Source: Nageia nagi (Eukaryota > Plantae > Pinophyta). From it: a DNA stretch of 64,000 bases. Each line of letters begins with the position of its first letter. The first letter of the stretch is position 1. The notes under the pieces were generated by a model. That model did not search any database and had not been told where the DNA came from. It saw nothing but the letters and a program-made list of their open reading frames with translations. The translations under genes and the position numbers were made by a program. The stretch is taken from contig JBITNC010000001.1 in assembly GCA_050084985.1 (NCBI GenBank), positions 94,302,001 to 94,366,000 on the forward strand, in the 5' to 3' direction. This document shows positions 40,441-52,300 of the stretch, in pieces.

Positions 40441-41489
40441 AATAAACTTTACTTTATTAAAGTTCTCTTAAATAAGTTAAATCATTTTAGATACCTAACT
40501 TATGATCTTTAATAGACCAAAAATCAAATTTAAGTATCTACAATAATAGTGTTTGTAGTAATATTCATTTTTCATTAGGAAGCTTTTTAATATCAATACC
40601 ACCCTTTATTAATATATACAATTCTTGATATTATTAATAATTAGACCTTAACTTGATAATTAAAAAGTATAAATGGTCAAGAATGGCATGGTTTAAAGGA
40701 GAGAACATAAAGGAAGAATAATAACAAGGCTTCATAGTCATCATCCTAACATCCTTAAGTTAATCCATTTCTTGTTTATGTTGGATTTACATTTTTTGAA
40801 GTAAGATAATAATGTTAAAAAGTTCAAGATTATGGTAGTTAGGAAAGATAACATTCTTGGTGGAAAAGAAGTAACAAGTTAAAAAAAAGACGAGAAAAGA
40901 TAATACATCAATTGAAAGAGGTAAATATATTACTAATAAGGATTAGGGCCTAAGATGTGTAGAGGATACAAACATAATAACATTTATAGGAAATGTTGTG
41001 TCATTTTATAACTGAGGTATAAAGTAAACAATGGTGAAATTCAAGATGGGTTGGATTAAGATTATGAGGTGTAGGTTGTGGCATATGGAAACTAAAGGTG
41101 GGTATACTAAAGGATAGGGGAGATTGAGGGGAAATATATATAAATAACAACTTGGATAAGGACAAGTTTGATGGTTGAAATAGGAGTAGGTGAATATTGA
41201 TTACATGGATGAAGAGGTGTAATTGGTTATCATCTCATTCCCTCACAAAAAGTGGAGTAATACGTATTTGTTAAGTAATAAGAACTCTTTTCAATATCCT
41301 AAATGTTGCAATAGGTAATTACGCCGAGAGGCGTAACTACAGCTGCAGCATGGGGGGTGGAGTGGGGGAGCAAAATGTCGCATGTGAGTCCGTCCGTTAA
41401 ACAATTGGCGGGAAAATATTTTTTTTTAAATTAAAATTATATAGCCGACTGAAATATTAAAAAACACATCTTTTCAAAAATTATTATAT

Positions 41490-42114
41490 AAATGGAAGGA
41501 GTCATGTAAACTTTACTGCCCGGCTATGGCAGCGTAGCAAAAGTGCAGTAGCCACAAGAATTCCGGCATGCTCTCGTCAAAGGTATGAAAACTTTAGGCG
41601 AAAATGTGATGACATTGGAATCCGGTCTTTGGTCTCTGACGGTGGCCGCAGCCTCTACAAGCAGTTCGAGCGGAGCTTTGCTGATTTCCCATAGTAGATC
41701 TTCACTGGGATACTCTCCGTATACACCGTTCGTTATTTTATCGAGCGTTTTTCGATTGAATTCTTTGAAGGAGACGCTGCTTACACACATAATTTGCCTT
41801 CCTGCTTGGGTTTTCGTAACCGAGGAAGGTTTGGCATTGGAGGGAAGAGGCGCGGAATCGAACCCGCGTTGATGAATAGAGCTGACCGCATTTTTTAGAA
41901 TGGATGCCGAAGAAACCTCTGGAAGTGTTAAGAACCCGAAGCCCGAGTGGTTTGTTAAATTAGAGATAGACAAGGAATGCGAAGGATTAAAGCGTGGGAT
42001 TGGTGCTTGCAGAGGGTGTAGCATATACAGCTTCGCATCGCCACCGGCACGTACCCTTTTTTCTGACAATTTCAGAGGTTGGTCGATCAATGGCGGGAAT
42101 TGGCCGTGCAGCAT
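41490..42114 (-). pseudogene. cofG: 5' remnant of FO synthase (7,8-didemethyl-8-hydroxy-5-deazariboflavin synthase, CofG-type radical SAM) with plastid transit peptide
   Basis: ORF 41524-42114 ends ..LVEAAATVRD..VITFSPKVFIPLTRACRNSCGYCTFATLP (CxxxCxxC; CofG/FbiC N-terminus). After the in-frame TAG, homology-like PGSKVYMTP continues, then stops. Ser-rich N-terminus; likely start is the Met at 42024. Confidence 0.85.
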
Positions 42115-42257
42115 ATTCCAGATTAAATGTAAATATTATATTAAATTATGTGAAAGATTCTGTAAGGTTTACATTTAAGATATAATCTTTGATTAATGTT
42201 CATTTTTTAAAATAATTGAAGTAAATATATAAAAAAACGTAAATATTTAAAAATATT

Positions 42258-42415
42258 ACTAGCTTTGATATAACCCTTTATATATCAAAAAATGCCGAGA
42301 GATATCATTTCGAGGTGCTTATCTTGGATATAGCAATACCAAGAAATGAGATAGGCACCTCGAAATGATATCTCTCGGCGTTTTTTGATATATAAGGGGT
42401 TATATCAAAGCTAGT
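42258..42415. mobile_element. Fold-back MITE in the divergent promoter
   Basis: ~65-bp near-perfect inverted arms (TAGCTTTGATATAACC.. / ..GGTTATATCAAAGCTA), possible TA TSD. A second copy of the arm occurs at 58042-58096. Confidence 0.8.
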
Positions 42416-43075
42416 TTTATATATCTTTACAAAGATTAAGGTTGCAAATGACCAAAAAGTTAAGTTGTGGACCAATTCTTCCATGATTGACAAGTACATT
42501 ATCTTGTTTTGCTATTATTTTATTTACTAATTTCAATCATAAGATTTTCATATTCATCCTCATTATAGTTTATCTTATATTCATTATTAAGAAAATCTAT
42601 TTAAACATTTAATATAACACTTCTCCTAAGATGCTAAAATCTCTATATCTTTTTTATTCTTAAGTTTTATAAATAAACATATTTAAACATTTAAGTAAAA
42701 AGTTCAAACTTCAATTATAAAATTATTCTAAAATATTTGAGTTCACGAGAAATAATGAATTCCTAGTAAATAAAAAGTACTCAATAAGTCCAATAAAAAT
42801 TAGACAAAGTCGAACTCAGCAACATGTAAAGCATAAAAATCGATTTAAATAACAAAATCTACCTGAACCCTATACTTTACTATGACAATGTTAAGGAAGG
42901 TAAAGTAGTGTAAATTTTGAGAGACGTAGATTAGAGGATAAATAAATAATATTATGTAATATCATATGAAAAGTGACTTTTCTATTTCCATTTCGTTATT
43001 TTGTTTTGTTTTATCTACGAATGTTTTTGGTTGGGACTCCAAAACCCAGTTCCCCGACTAGGGCTTGAGAAGGCC

Positions 43076-43310
43076 ATGGCTGTTGCAGTACCCCAAACCC
43101 TCCATTGTTCTGCGATTCCTTGTCAATTAAAACGCTTCCGCTGCATTCAAGTAAGTCGTGTTTTTTCTCCAAGCTTACTGAATGAATTTGCCTTCAAAAC
43201 AAAGTACAAGCGGCTTCTTACAGCACAGCTTCGCGATGGAAATGGGAACCGGTGTTCCATTGCAAACTCTGTGATAGCGGGGGCGCTGGCATTCTCCTTA
43301 TCTCTTTGCG
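43076..43310 (+). CDS. TPM gene exon 1 (transit peptide)
   Basis: ATG at 43076, donor G|GTACTC. Confidence 0.85.
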
Positions 43311-46300
43311 GTACTCTCCTACTTTCCCATTCTTTGAATTCATCGTTCTTACTAACCCAAAATCCACGCTTAGTACCAACTCACGAAACTGGCAAACAGA
43401 ACAGTAGAATGTAATCACTGGGTTTCTTGATCTCTGGGAGTTCGGAAGTATACTGAAAACTTTCAGCGCTTTTCTTGAATCTAGGCATTTCAACTCCTGA
43501 CTTTTTTTTTAATTATTTTTGGGGATGTTCTTTTGCTAAAATATTTTTTCCTCGGCTTCAAGTTGAGTTTAGTTTGCTATTCACCTCAACATTAGCAGGG
43601 TCTGGGTTCTTGTGGGTGACTCCAGGATGATTTCTGTCAAATTTAAGGATTTGTTGGGGTTTAATGCCTAAGGTTGCTTTGCTTTTTTTTTTTTTAAGGA
43701 AGATGTGGTGCTGAGAAATCTTTTAAAGTCAGAGACTCCACTCAAGTCTGTTAATGTTCAATTTTACAGACATGATCTATTTTTCTTAGTCATAGCTAAG
43801 TTGGTTTAAATATGGGTGCGTTTTGACTACGTTCCAACCAGGGCAAAAGCGATGGAACATGTGCCAGGTCTGTGGCTTAAATTACACTAAACCTAGATAT
43901 AAAGGAACATGGCAATGTGATATAAATCGTCTGATTATGCCAGGTGTCTGTAAATGATATGGAATGTAAATGTTTGCTGGTGCTGTAATGGTAAGCTCTG
44001 TAGGACTCGCTATGTATATGGGCCCAGGCCCACATATAAATTTACACTATCAATGTAAAATTACATGCGGTCATAAAATTTAATCTAGCAGTATTCAGAT
44101 GACAATAGTCTAACAACTTTTCAATATCAAATCTTTTTATTGCAAAGCACACTGGTTTTGATTGGAAGCTTAATTCTAAGATATCATATCAAGGGCTTAC
44201 ATGCCTTTGCTATTCTTAGCATTTGCAAACTGCTGGCAACTCCATTGATGGAAATTTGTTACATACTGGTCAACTAACTGTACACAATTTAGTTAATTTT
44301 GGTAGGGCTTGGAAGCGCAGTTGCTGCGATGGAAGGAGTGAATAGACCTGAGATGCTTCCCAAGGAATTTACTCCAGTGATTGATGTGGCTGGCTTTTTG
44401 TCACCAAGTCAGGTGAGCCTCATGTGGTAGGCTTGTTTTTATTGAGTAAATACGTGAATGTGGGCTTACTTTTACTATCAATCCTCTAGCTTTGGGATTT
44501 ATCTTCGTGCAGAAAACCAACCCCAGATCATCATGCATGAAATTGGCTTATTCCATTTAAGCATTCAGTGCCATGTTTGTTTAGAAGGCCTCCTGATAGA
44601 AAGTGTGTGTATTTAATTAGACATGCTTGTGGAGAAACTTGTGGATGATGCTTTGTGGTTCAGTGGTTCGAAATAGTGTTATGCATATGGTACAGGAACA
44701 CTCATGGATATTTATCCAATTCCAAATCTTCCACTGGATTCATGTTGGTTGAATGTTTGGAGGATAATACATGAGTATTTAGTGCGTAATTTCAGGGTAC
44801 ATGAGTCCTACAACTCGACATGCTATCTTCTTAATAGGACTTAGGAGAAAGTTGCAGTTGCCAAAATTTTAAAAGGAATATTTTGTATAGCTAATTTTCT
44901 GTGCAAAAGCATAGGTTGGAAACTGTTTGTCAATGTGTTAGATGCCTGGATATTTATCAAATGAATTAAAGAAGTGTCATTTTTAATATTATTTACCTCT
45001 TTTTGAGTTCTTGATGTTATGGAGACATCAGCATATCTACCAGTTACCATTAAGAGAATATATGTAAATGCATGCCATTTAACTTATTATGCTATCATGT
45101 AATAGAATTCTTTCCTTAAGAAGTCAACAAAATGGGGTTTGGCAGAGGACCAAAGAATTAAATGCTATTTTGTGTTAGTACTTCATAGGTCATTTTTCTA
45201 TTTACAAGTTACGAGTATTGAGCAGTTTATCTGTACTGGGCTTTGCTCAACAGTTATGGATAGTTATTGCCATGGAATGCTTATGTTAATATCCTTGGAA
45301 AGATTGTAACAAAGTCGCTTATGCTTTCAACCTACATTTTGAAGGAGTTATTTGTGGAAAGTTTTGAGTTTCAAAATCTATCTATGTCAATGGCTAGCAA
45401 ATCATCAGGGAACACCACCTTCATCCAAATCTGGACTTATGGTGTTAGAATATGTATTAGAAACCAGTTGCCTATTGTCTTCTAGCCAAAGAACATAGTA
45501 AAACTCATTTTAGATATACTCACCTCCAATATCTGTCCTCAAAGTGGCTGACTTCTGAAATAACCCAAATTAGGAAAAAGCATGAATTATCTTTTAGATT
45601 TCAGAATTGCCAAATGATGCCCTAGTTTATGAATTTCAACTTCAAAATCAATTTCATTTATACACTTCTATTGACCAATTATTTCAGATTTAAACAAATC
45701 ATGCCCTGATTTAAAATCTGAAACAAATACTGAAAATGCATGCACATGAGCCACAAAACTCAAAATTGATTACCAATTATCTCCAAGTACCAAAATGAAC
45801 AAATTCGAACCACCAATGAGCAAGTATGTCACCCTAGGAGAGGGGCGAATCCTCTTAGGGCTGTAGCAAGTATGAAAAGTACTCAAGAATGGCTCCAAGA
45901 CTAGGTGAACTCCTTGGAAGGCTAAAGAAGGGTGCAAGATGCACCAAGATGCTTCCTAGAGAAGTGCGCTCCACTCCAAGTCTCCTCAAATGTGCAATCG
46001 TGAAGCTGAAGTATCTTGAACACGCCTCCAATGAGAGACTTAGGGGTTTTTGTCACTAAGCCTTGAAAACCAAGGCGGTTTTCATCATCAAGGTCTCTTC
46101 TAAGAGTTTTTGTCCTTAAAAGGAGAAGAAGGCTATTACCAGTTGCTCCTTGAAGAAGAAGAAGATGTGATGTTGAATGATGCATGTGGCAATGCCTAAA
46201 ATATCAAATACACTCCTAAATATTCAAAGATCACAAAAAAGAGGGATGTCCCACTCCAAGTGGCCTAAAAAAATCTTCATAATGCAAAATTGAGTAGACG

Positions 46301-49300
46301 CCAAAATGGGGACATTACAATCCCACCCCTCCCAAAATTACTTGTCCTCACGCAATGCCAACATAATCTCATCATTGCCGAAATCAATAGTGATCCGAGG
46401 TCCCAAATCAATCTTGAAGAAGCCCATCATGCCGATGCTACGCCACTCTAACCGCAAAACCATCATGTCAAAGCTGAACTCTCTCCCTCATGACAACGAG
46501 AGTGATCCATGGTGTAGAAGATGAAGGATAAGTCACCAAGAAGATGAATCTTGATGTGTCATGATGAATCCCAATGAATGATGACGTCTATCATTCCATC
46601 CATCCATGACGATAGAACACCCAAAACCTCAACCATATCTCCATTATACATTCCTTAACCAAATTGCATTTGGAATACTGTTCGTCCAAGTGGGTGGTAC
46701 GAAGCTTATGATGTGAAGGGCCTGCTTTGGCATATTTTTTAAATGCTTCCTTCACATAAGAGGAATTTGCAAGATGAAAAGGAAGCCCATGGTGCATAAA
46801 ACATTTGATCAATAACATCATCTGCTTCTTCCATTGCTTGCATATTAGTTATTGCTCTTTTCTTAGAGGGATGTGGTGGGATATTTGAGGTTTGAGGTTG
46901 TTGACTTGAGGTGTCTACAGAGGGGCCTAAACTTTTAACTTTGGCCTCTTGCACCAACTTAAAAGCTTCAACCACTTGAAGACAATTCATGCCCTTGCAA
47001 CCTCTTACACCTACTTCTGATTTGCCTGTCAAATGAGATTCAATCCTGGTGTAGCCTCATTGGAACTTGGTTTTACAAAAATGACATAATAGATTCTTTT
47101 ACCCCCTAAATGTTTTTTACCTACATAAATGATTTCTGATAAATTGCAAAAGTGGTTTTTTCTAGTTGAAAGGACCTTTAGCGTATTCTTTCAACATTGC
47201 TGATGGACAGTCATAACTAGAGGTGTTGGAAGTTTGAGTTTGACTTTGAGAAGGTGTTGATGGGTTTGTGGAATGAGAATGATGTTCCACATCCTCTTGA
47301 GATTTAAAACCTTCTTCATTGTTCTTTGTTTCAAACTTTCAATCCACTGTCTAACAGTCCCTTTGATAGCTGTTAGAACAAGAAAAAAAAATCACTAACA
47401 ACCATATTTTATTATTGGATTGTTTATGTAGTAATAGTCACTAACAGCCCCATTCATATCTATTCAAACAACAAAAAAAAGACTCAAAACGGTCACTAAC
47501 AACTATAAAAAAAATAAAAAAGTGACAAACAGTAACATAAACAATCCATTTGATAGCAATGAGAGTTGTTAGTGTGCATACGTCAATAGCAAGGTTGAAG
47601 TCTATGTAGTATGAACCAAATTCATGGATAAACAATGATGACTCATTTATCACAACAAATGGGGATTGTGTCCAACAGTATACATGAAAAAAACATGGAA
47701 TGAAAGATAAAATAAAAGAAAAACTTATCTCAATGCTGCTTTGCACTCCTTGTTTTCCTTCTCTCCTTTTCACTGCTGCTCTTCTTTCCTTTTGGTGGGC
47801 AGTGTAAATGACAAAATGATTGCAATGTGAATATAAAGACATGTTTTTAGGGTTGGAGACCCTTGTGGGATAAAACCCCCTAAGGTTTAAGAAAAAAATT
47901 AAAAAAGTTGAGATTTTTTTTTAAAGTGTGCTTTATCGGCCAAATGCGGGGGATGGGAATCTGTCTCTGGGGATGGTCAAGGGACAACTAGTGTGCTATG
48001 CTAGCCAAACGCGGAGGATGGGAACCTTTCCTTGGGGATGGTCAAGGGATGGCTAGTCGTCCCCTGGCCAACCTTGGGATGGATTCCCATCCCTAGCTGT
48101 CCCCATTTGCACAGTTGAAGAGGAAACGTTCCAAGGGCTTGGGAAATCGTCTCGGGGACGTCCCTTCGTATGTCCTAAAAAGGGGATGGTGGAGAAACGT
48201 CCCCTAGGGCAGTCCCTAGTCTTGGGTACGAGGGGGATGAAGAAATGCAAAAAAAAAACCCGAAGAAACCTTGTTATTTTGAAATCAAGTGCACTAGTGT
48301 TCTGGGTGCTATTGATATGTTCTCTCCAAATGTAATGTCTACAAGAATAACCTTAAAGAAGAAGCATTTCAATGGAGTATATGCAATATCAACAGAGGAG
48401 TTTACTGGGGAACTAGTTGGATCTAAATCTTGTAACATCACTTACTTGAGAGGGAAGGTGGCTTACATTCAACTTGTTTCTCTTCAGTGTCAACCTTTGG
48501 TTGCAGGACTGTTGTTGCAACTTGATATGCTGGATGAATCACTGGGACAAAGTATTTTCAGAGAAGAAGCAGTTGAAATGCTTACAGAAGCACTTTCATG
48601 TGAGAACTTAATTTATGCACAAATATCATTTGCATCAGTCCTTGCCAATCTGGTCGGACGATTTATATACATCAGAGAACCTTTTACAATAGTTTGGTTG
48701 TTCAAGGAAGTAGGTATAACTTTTTCTAAGCAGAAGTACATGCATGACTGGGGATCCAGATAATTTAGATTATAATATACATGAAGAAGAAAATGATGTA
48801 GTTTTTTGGAGTAACAGGATGGCAAAGAAAATTATTCAAAGTGGAGCCCGTCTTTGAGGCTTTGAAACAGGGCTTGAAAAGCAAAGTTTCTGAAGTGGCA
48901 AGAGATTGCCTCATTACTGTTGCATGGCTAGGCTATGAACTTTGTACAATGTAGAGAAGTTGCCTATGATCCATAGGTCATGACATCATTTTACCAGAAT
49001 TAGTGGCTTATATGCAGCCTGGAATAGAGCTAGAGGAAAGAGTGCTTGCATCTCTATCTTTATACGATTATGCTGTTAGATCAGGAATGCAACAACTTCT
49101 GGGGTTTTCTAAGGAATTGCATGGACCATTGAGATGCCTTGCAGCCTTGACATGGACATCAGAGGAACTTTCCAAAGTCATTGCATACTCTTCTTCATCT
49201 AAATTTAACACAAGCCGTGTGCAGTAGTGGACTTCCAAAACTATTTGTTGTATATGTTCCTGCCTGTACATATGAGGGTGGCAACACAATTCTCCTTTTT

Positions 49301-52300
49301 CAGGTAGTAAGATTTCTCATGAAAACAATCCAACAATTGACTTTGAAGAAGCCACTGGGGATTGTTGCTTACTTGGGCAGAGTGAAACATCTAATGGAGA
49401 ATAACTGTACTGTTTCTCATGCTGAGGATTGGCTGAAACCTTCAGTCTTATTGTAGGCATTTGAAGCTAGGTCAATAAGGTTGCTGTAAATTGTGTGGCA
49501 AGAATTAGAGATGCATTCACCCCAGAAGCTGTTGTTGAGACCCAGAAGAAGAAATTGATAAACAAGGTCATCATTAAAGATCTGGTCCAGTAGAAAGAAC
49601 TGTCAGATTCAACTTGCATTGCTTGAGGACAAGCAATTTGGAAGGGGTGGATTTGTAATGTCCCTAATTTTGAGTTCCATTTATCCAATGTATTTTCATG
49701 ATTATAGTTTTGTCTAAGGATGTGGGACCACTCTTTTATGGTATATATGCATGTTATATTTTAAATAAAGTGTGTTAGGGATGCTAGTTAAATGTTTAAG
49801 AATGAAAGAAATAAAAGACTAGACATTATAACATGTCATTGGCATTTTTATCTAATTTGGCATATGCTTAAAAGGTTCTTAAGTGAATGTGGGCTTCTAT
49901 AATTTTATTAAGTGTTATTGACATGTTTAGGAGGATCTAAAGGTCAGATTTGCACCCAAGAGAGGGGCATTGCATCTTGTGGATGAGATTTAATCTCCAA
50001 TTAGGGTTACTTGTCTATATATGTTATTAGCGTTTCATTTGCAAGGACATCCTGGATCATTTTCACTATCTCTGTGATTATTGCTGCAGCAATATCTTTT
50101 CCTTCTGTGGAAGGCCAGCTGCAGAAGTGGGCATCTTAGAGGAAGGCCAGCCTTTGGGTGAACAACTTGAGAAAGGTCAACTTTGAGTTTTTTTGTGGAG
50201 AATCCATCCATGTTTCTCATTTGTGCTCCATTGATATTACTACATCAGATTTTAGGGTTTGAAACCCTAGACTGCAAAGACCAACCAATTGAAGCGTTTT
50301 GAAGAGGTTTTTGTGCATGTTCAGACCTGATCTATCTTCCAAAGAGGATCGCCCAATTTCTAGGACTTTTTGGTTCTTGTTCAAGCCAGAGTGAAACATC
50401 TAATGGAGAATAACTGTACTGTTTTGTGTAGTTTGTATGCCCTAATTTGTATTTCCACTTGTAGAAAAATTTATAAATTTTTTTGTGACTAGATCAGCCA
50501 ATTTGGAGGGTTTTAGTATCATTTTTCTGAATACATTTGCAGATCTGGTTTTTACTGAATTTATTTTTGCAAAACCCTAAATTCTGGTTTGTTTCTAAGC
50601 GGGTCTATTACATTGAAACCTGTATATACAAACCATCACCAAAAGTCTATAAGTTACTAACTAGAACATATTTTACTGCTGTAGTAAGAACCTTCTAGAG
50701 TTTGACTAAGATTCCCACTTCTGTTAGTTTCAACTATAAAAGATGCAAATGATGACAGACTCTTTGACTAATATCTCCAATGGCTTCTAGAAGGGAATTT
50801 TTTAGGACACAATAATTACTTCATATATATATATACTTAAATGCGATAGTAGACTGTTTGCCATGTAAAATACAGGGCATGCCATTCAAGTGAAATTATT
50901 TACTTCAAATGGCTCTCTCAACATCTGATATAATAAAAATTTCCAATTATCATCATCTTCTTTTTAGCATTTTGAAATTCAATTTTCAAACTTGCTATGT
51001 GACAGTATATCGTAAACAAATGCAAACTCATTTTTTTCTAAATATAAGTTGAATCACTATATCATGACTTTGAATCCTGTTTATTCATTGTGACAAATAT
51101 TAAAAGATTAAACTGCAACATATACCATTTCAACGAAATTACAGTGAGGAAAGAACCGCAAGCAAACCAAACTGCAGTAATCAAATTATGAACCACATGG
51201 ACAAAACACCATCCGTGCTGGTGGGAAAATCAATATCATAACATTGTTGCTCCAATATTGTCTGCACCATTCCATCTAAGAAGAATCCCTTTACACTTGT
51301 ACTGCATAGTAAACAAGCAATGTCTTCTATAATTACTTTCTATGCTATTTTGCCATTTCCTATTATTGAATATTGCTTCAGAAAACTGTTCAAGCTCTTG
51401 CATCCACTACATCAACATAATGGTTGGGTTTGGTCCACCTTCTTTGCTAGTGCCAGTCGGTCAGAATAATATGCCTGTGTTTTCTTGTGGGAATTGCAGC
51501 ATCTCCAGAGAAAAGTAAGACATTTGCATTACTTGATTACTCAATTATTACTCTCAGATATTCTTGCCGCGTCTGAAGAAGATTTGTAATATTTAGTGCA
51601 CATAGCTCTGCTGTCCAGAAATTTCAGTACTATAATTTGTAAACAATGCTGCTGATATGGTTTGTATCCAGGTGGCTGTACTATATAATTCACTTGCTCT
51701 TGCTGTGAGCAGTGATCAACATTAGAATTTTGTTATCTTGAATTTGAGACCTTGGCTGACGAGTAAGTTTGTTGATGAAAATCAGTTGGACCTAATCTGC
51801 CAAACGGAGGTACATGAGGATCCACTTTCCAAGCCTACAAAGTGGCCAAGTTGTAATCTTTTTCACCATTTTACATTTCAAACAAACCTAAATTTTATGG
51901 ATAAGAATCTCCAAGGAACAATCTAAACAAACTGAATGGAATAAAAACAAAATTTACAAACTTGAATTGAGGTGAACCAAAAATTATCAAACTATTAACC
52001 AGTGTTTCAAGGGGATGTGGACCTGCCACTCAGAGTCCTGAATTGTCAAACCCTACATTTTGGGTACTCGAGGATGGATATGAAATTTCCCCTAGCCAAA
52101 CCCCCAAATTGGAGGGCCAGCCAGCCATCCCCAGTACCTTTACTTTCTTGAGAGGCTGAAACCAAAACATTCAATATGTTTAGGGGGACAACCAGGCATC
52201 CCCGGTATGACAGGGATGGTGTGTCCCCGTCCCATGCCATAGCGGGGCATCTGGTCATTTGAGAGATACCTAGGAGATGCTCATGCATCTCTCAGCCCCT

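Noticed and set aside
41524-41526. Stop-codon readthrough or RNA-editing rescue of the TAG
   Set aside because: Homology ends nine codons later with no continuing exon seen; U-to-C editing is organellar, not nuclear.
41524-42114. Bacterial contamination or recent HGT of cofG
   Set aside because: It has a long transit-peptide-like extension, is contiguous with a plant spliced gene and plant TEs, and FO synthase is known from the green lineage, so vertical inheritance is simpler.
41585-42185. Plus-strand ORFs overlapping the FO synthase remnant
   Set aside because: Antisense shadows of GC-richer coding sequence with no recognisable motifs.
43001-43414. 137-aa single-exon ORF as a complete gene
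   Set aside because: It starts at a non-ATG codon and reads into intron 1; the real exon is 43076-43310.
48245-49456. Functional nested LIN or ACX1 genes in intron 2
   Set aside because: Internal fragments only, with stops and frameshifts, no start or promoter, and fused to TE sequence.
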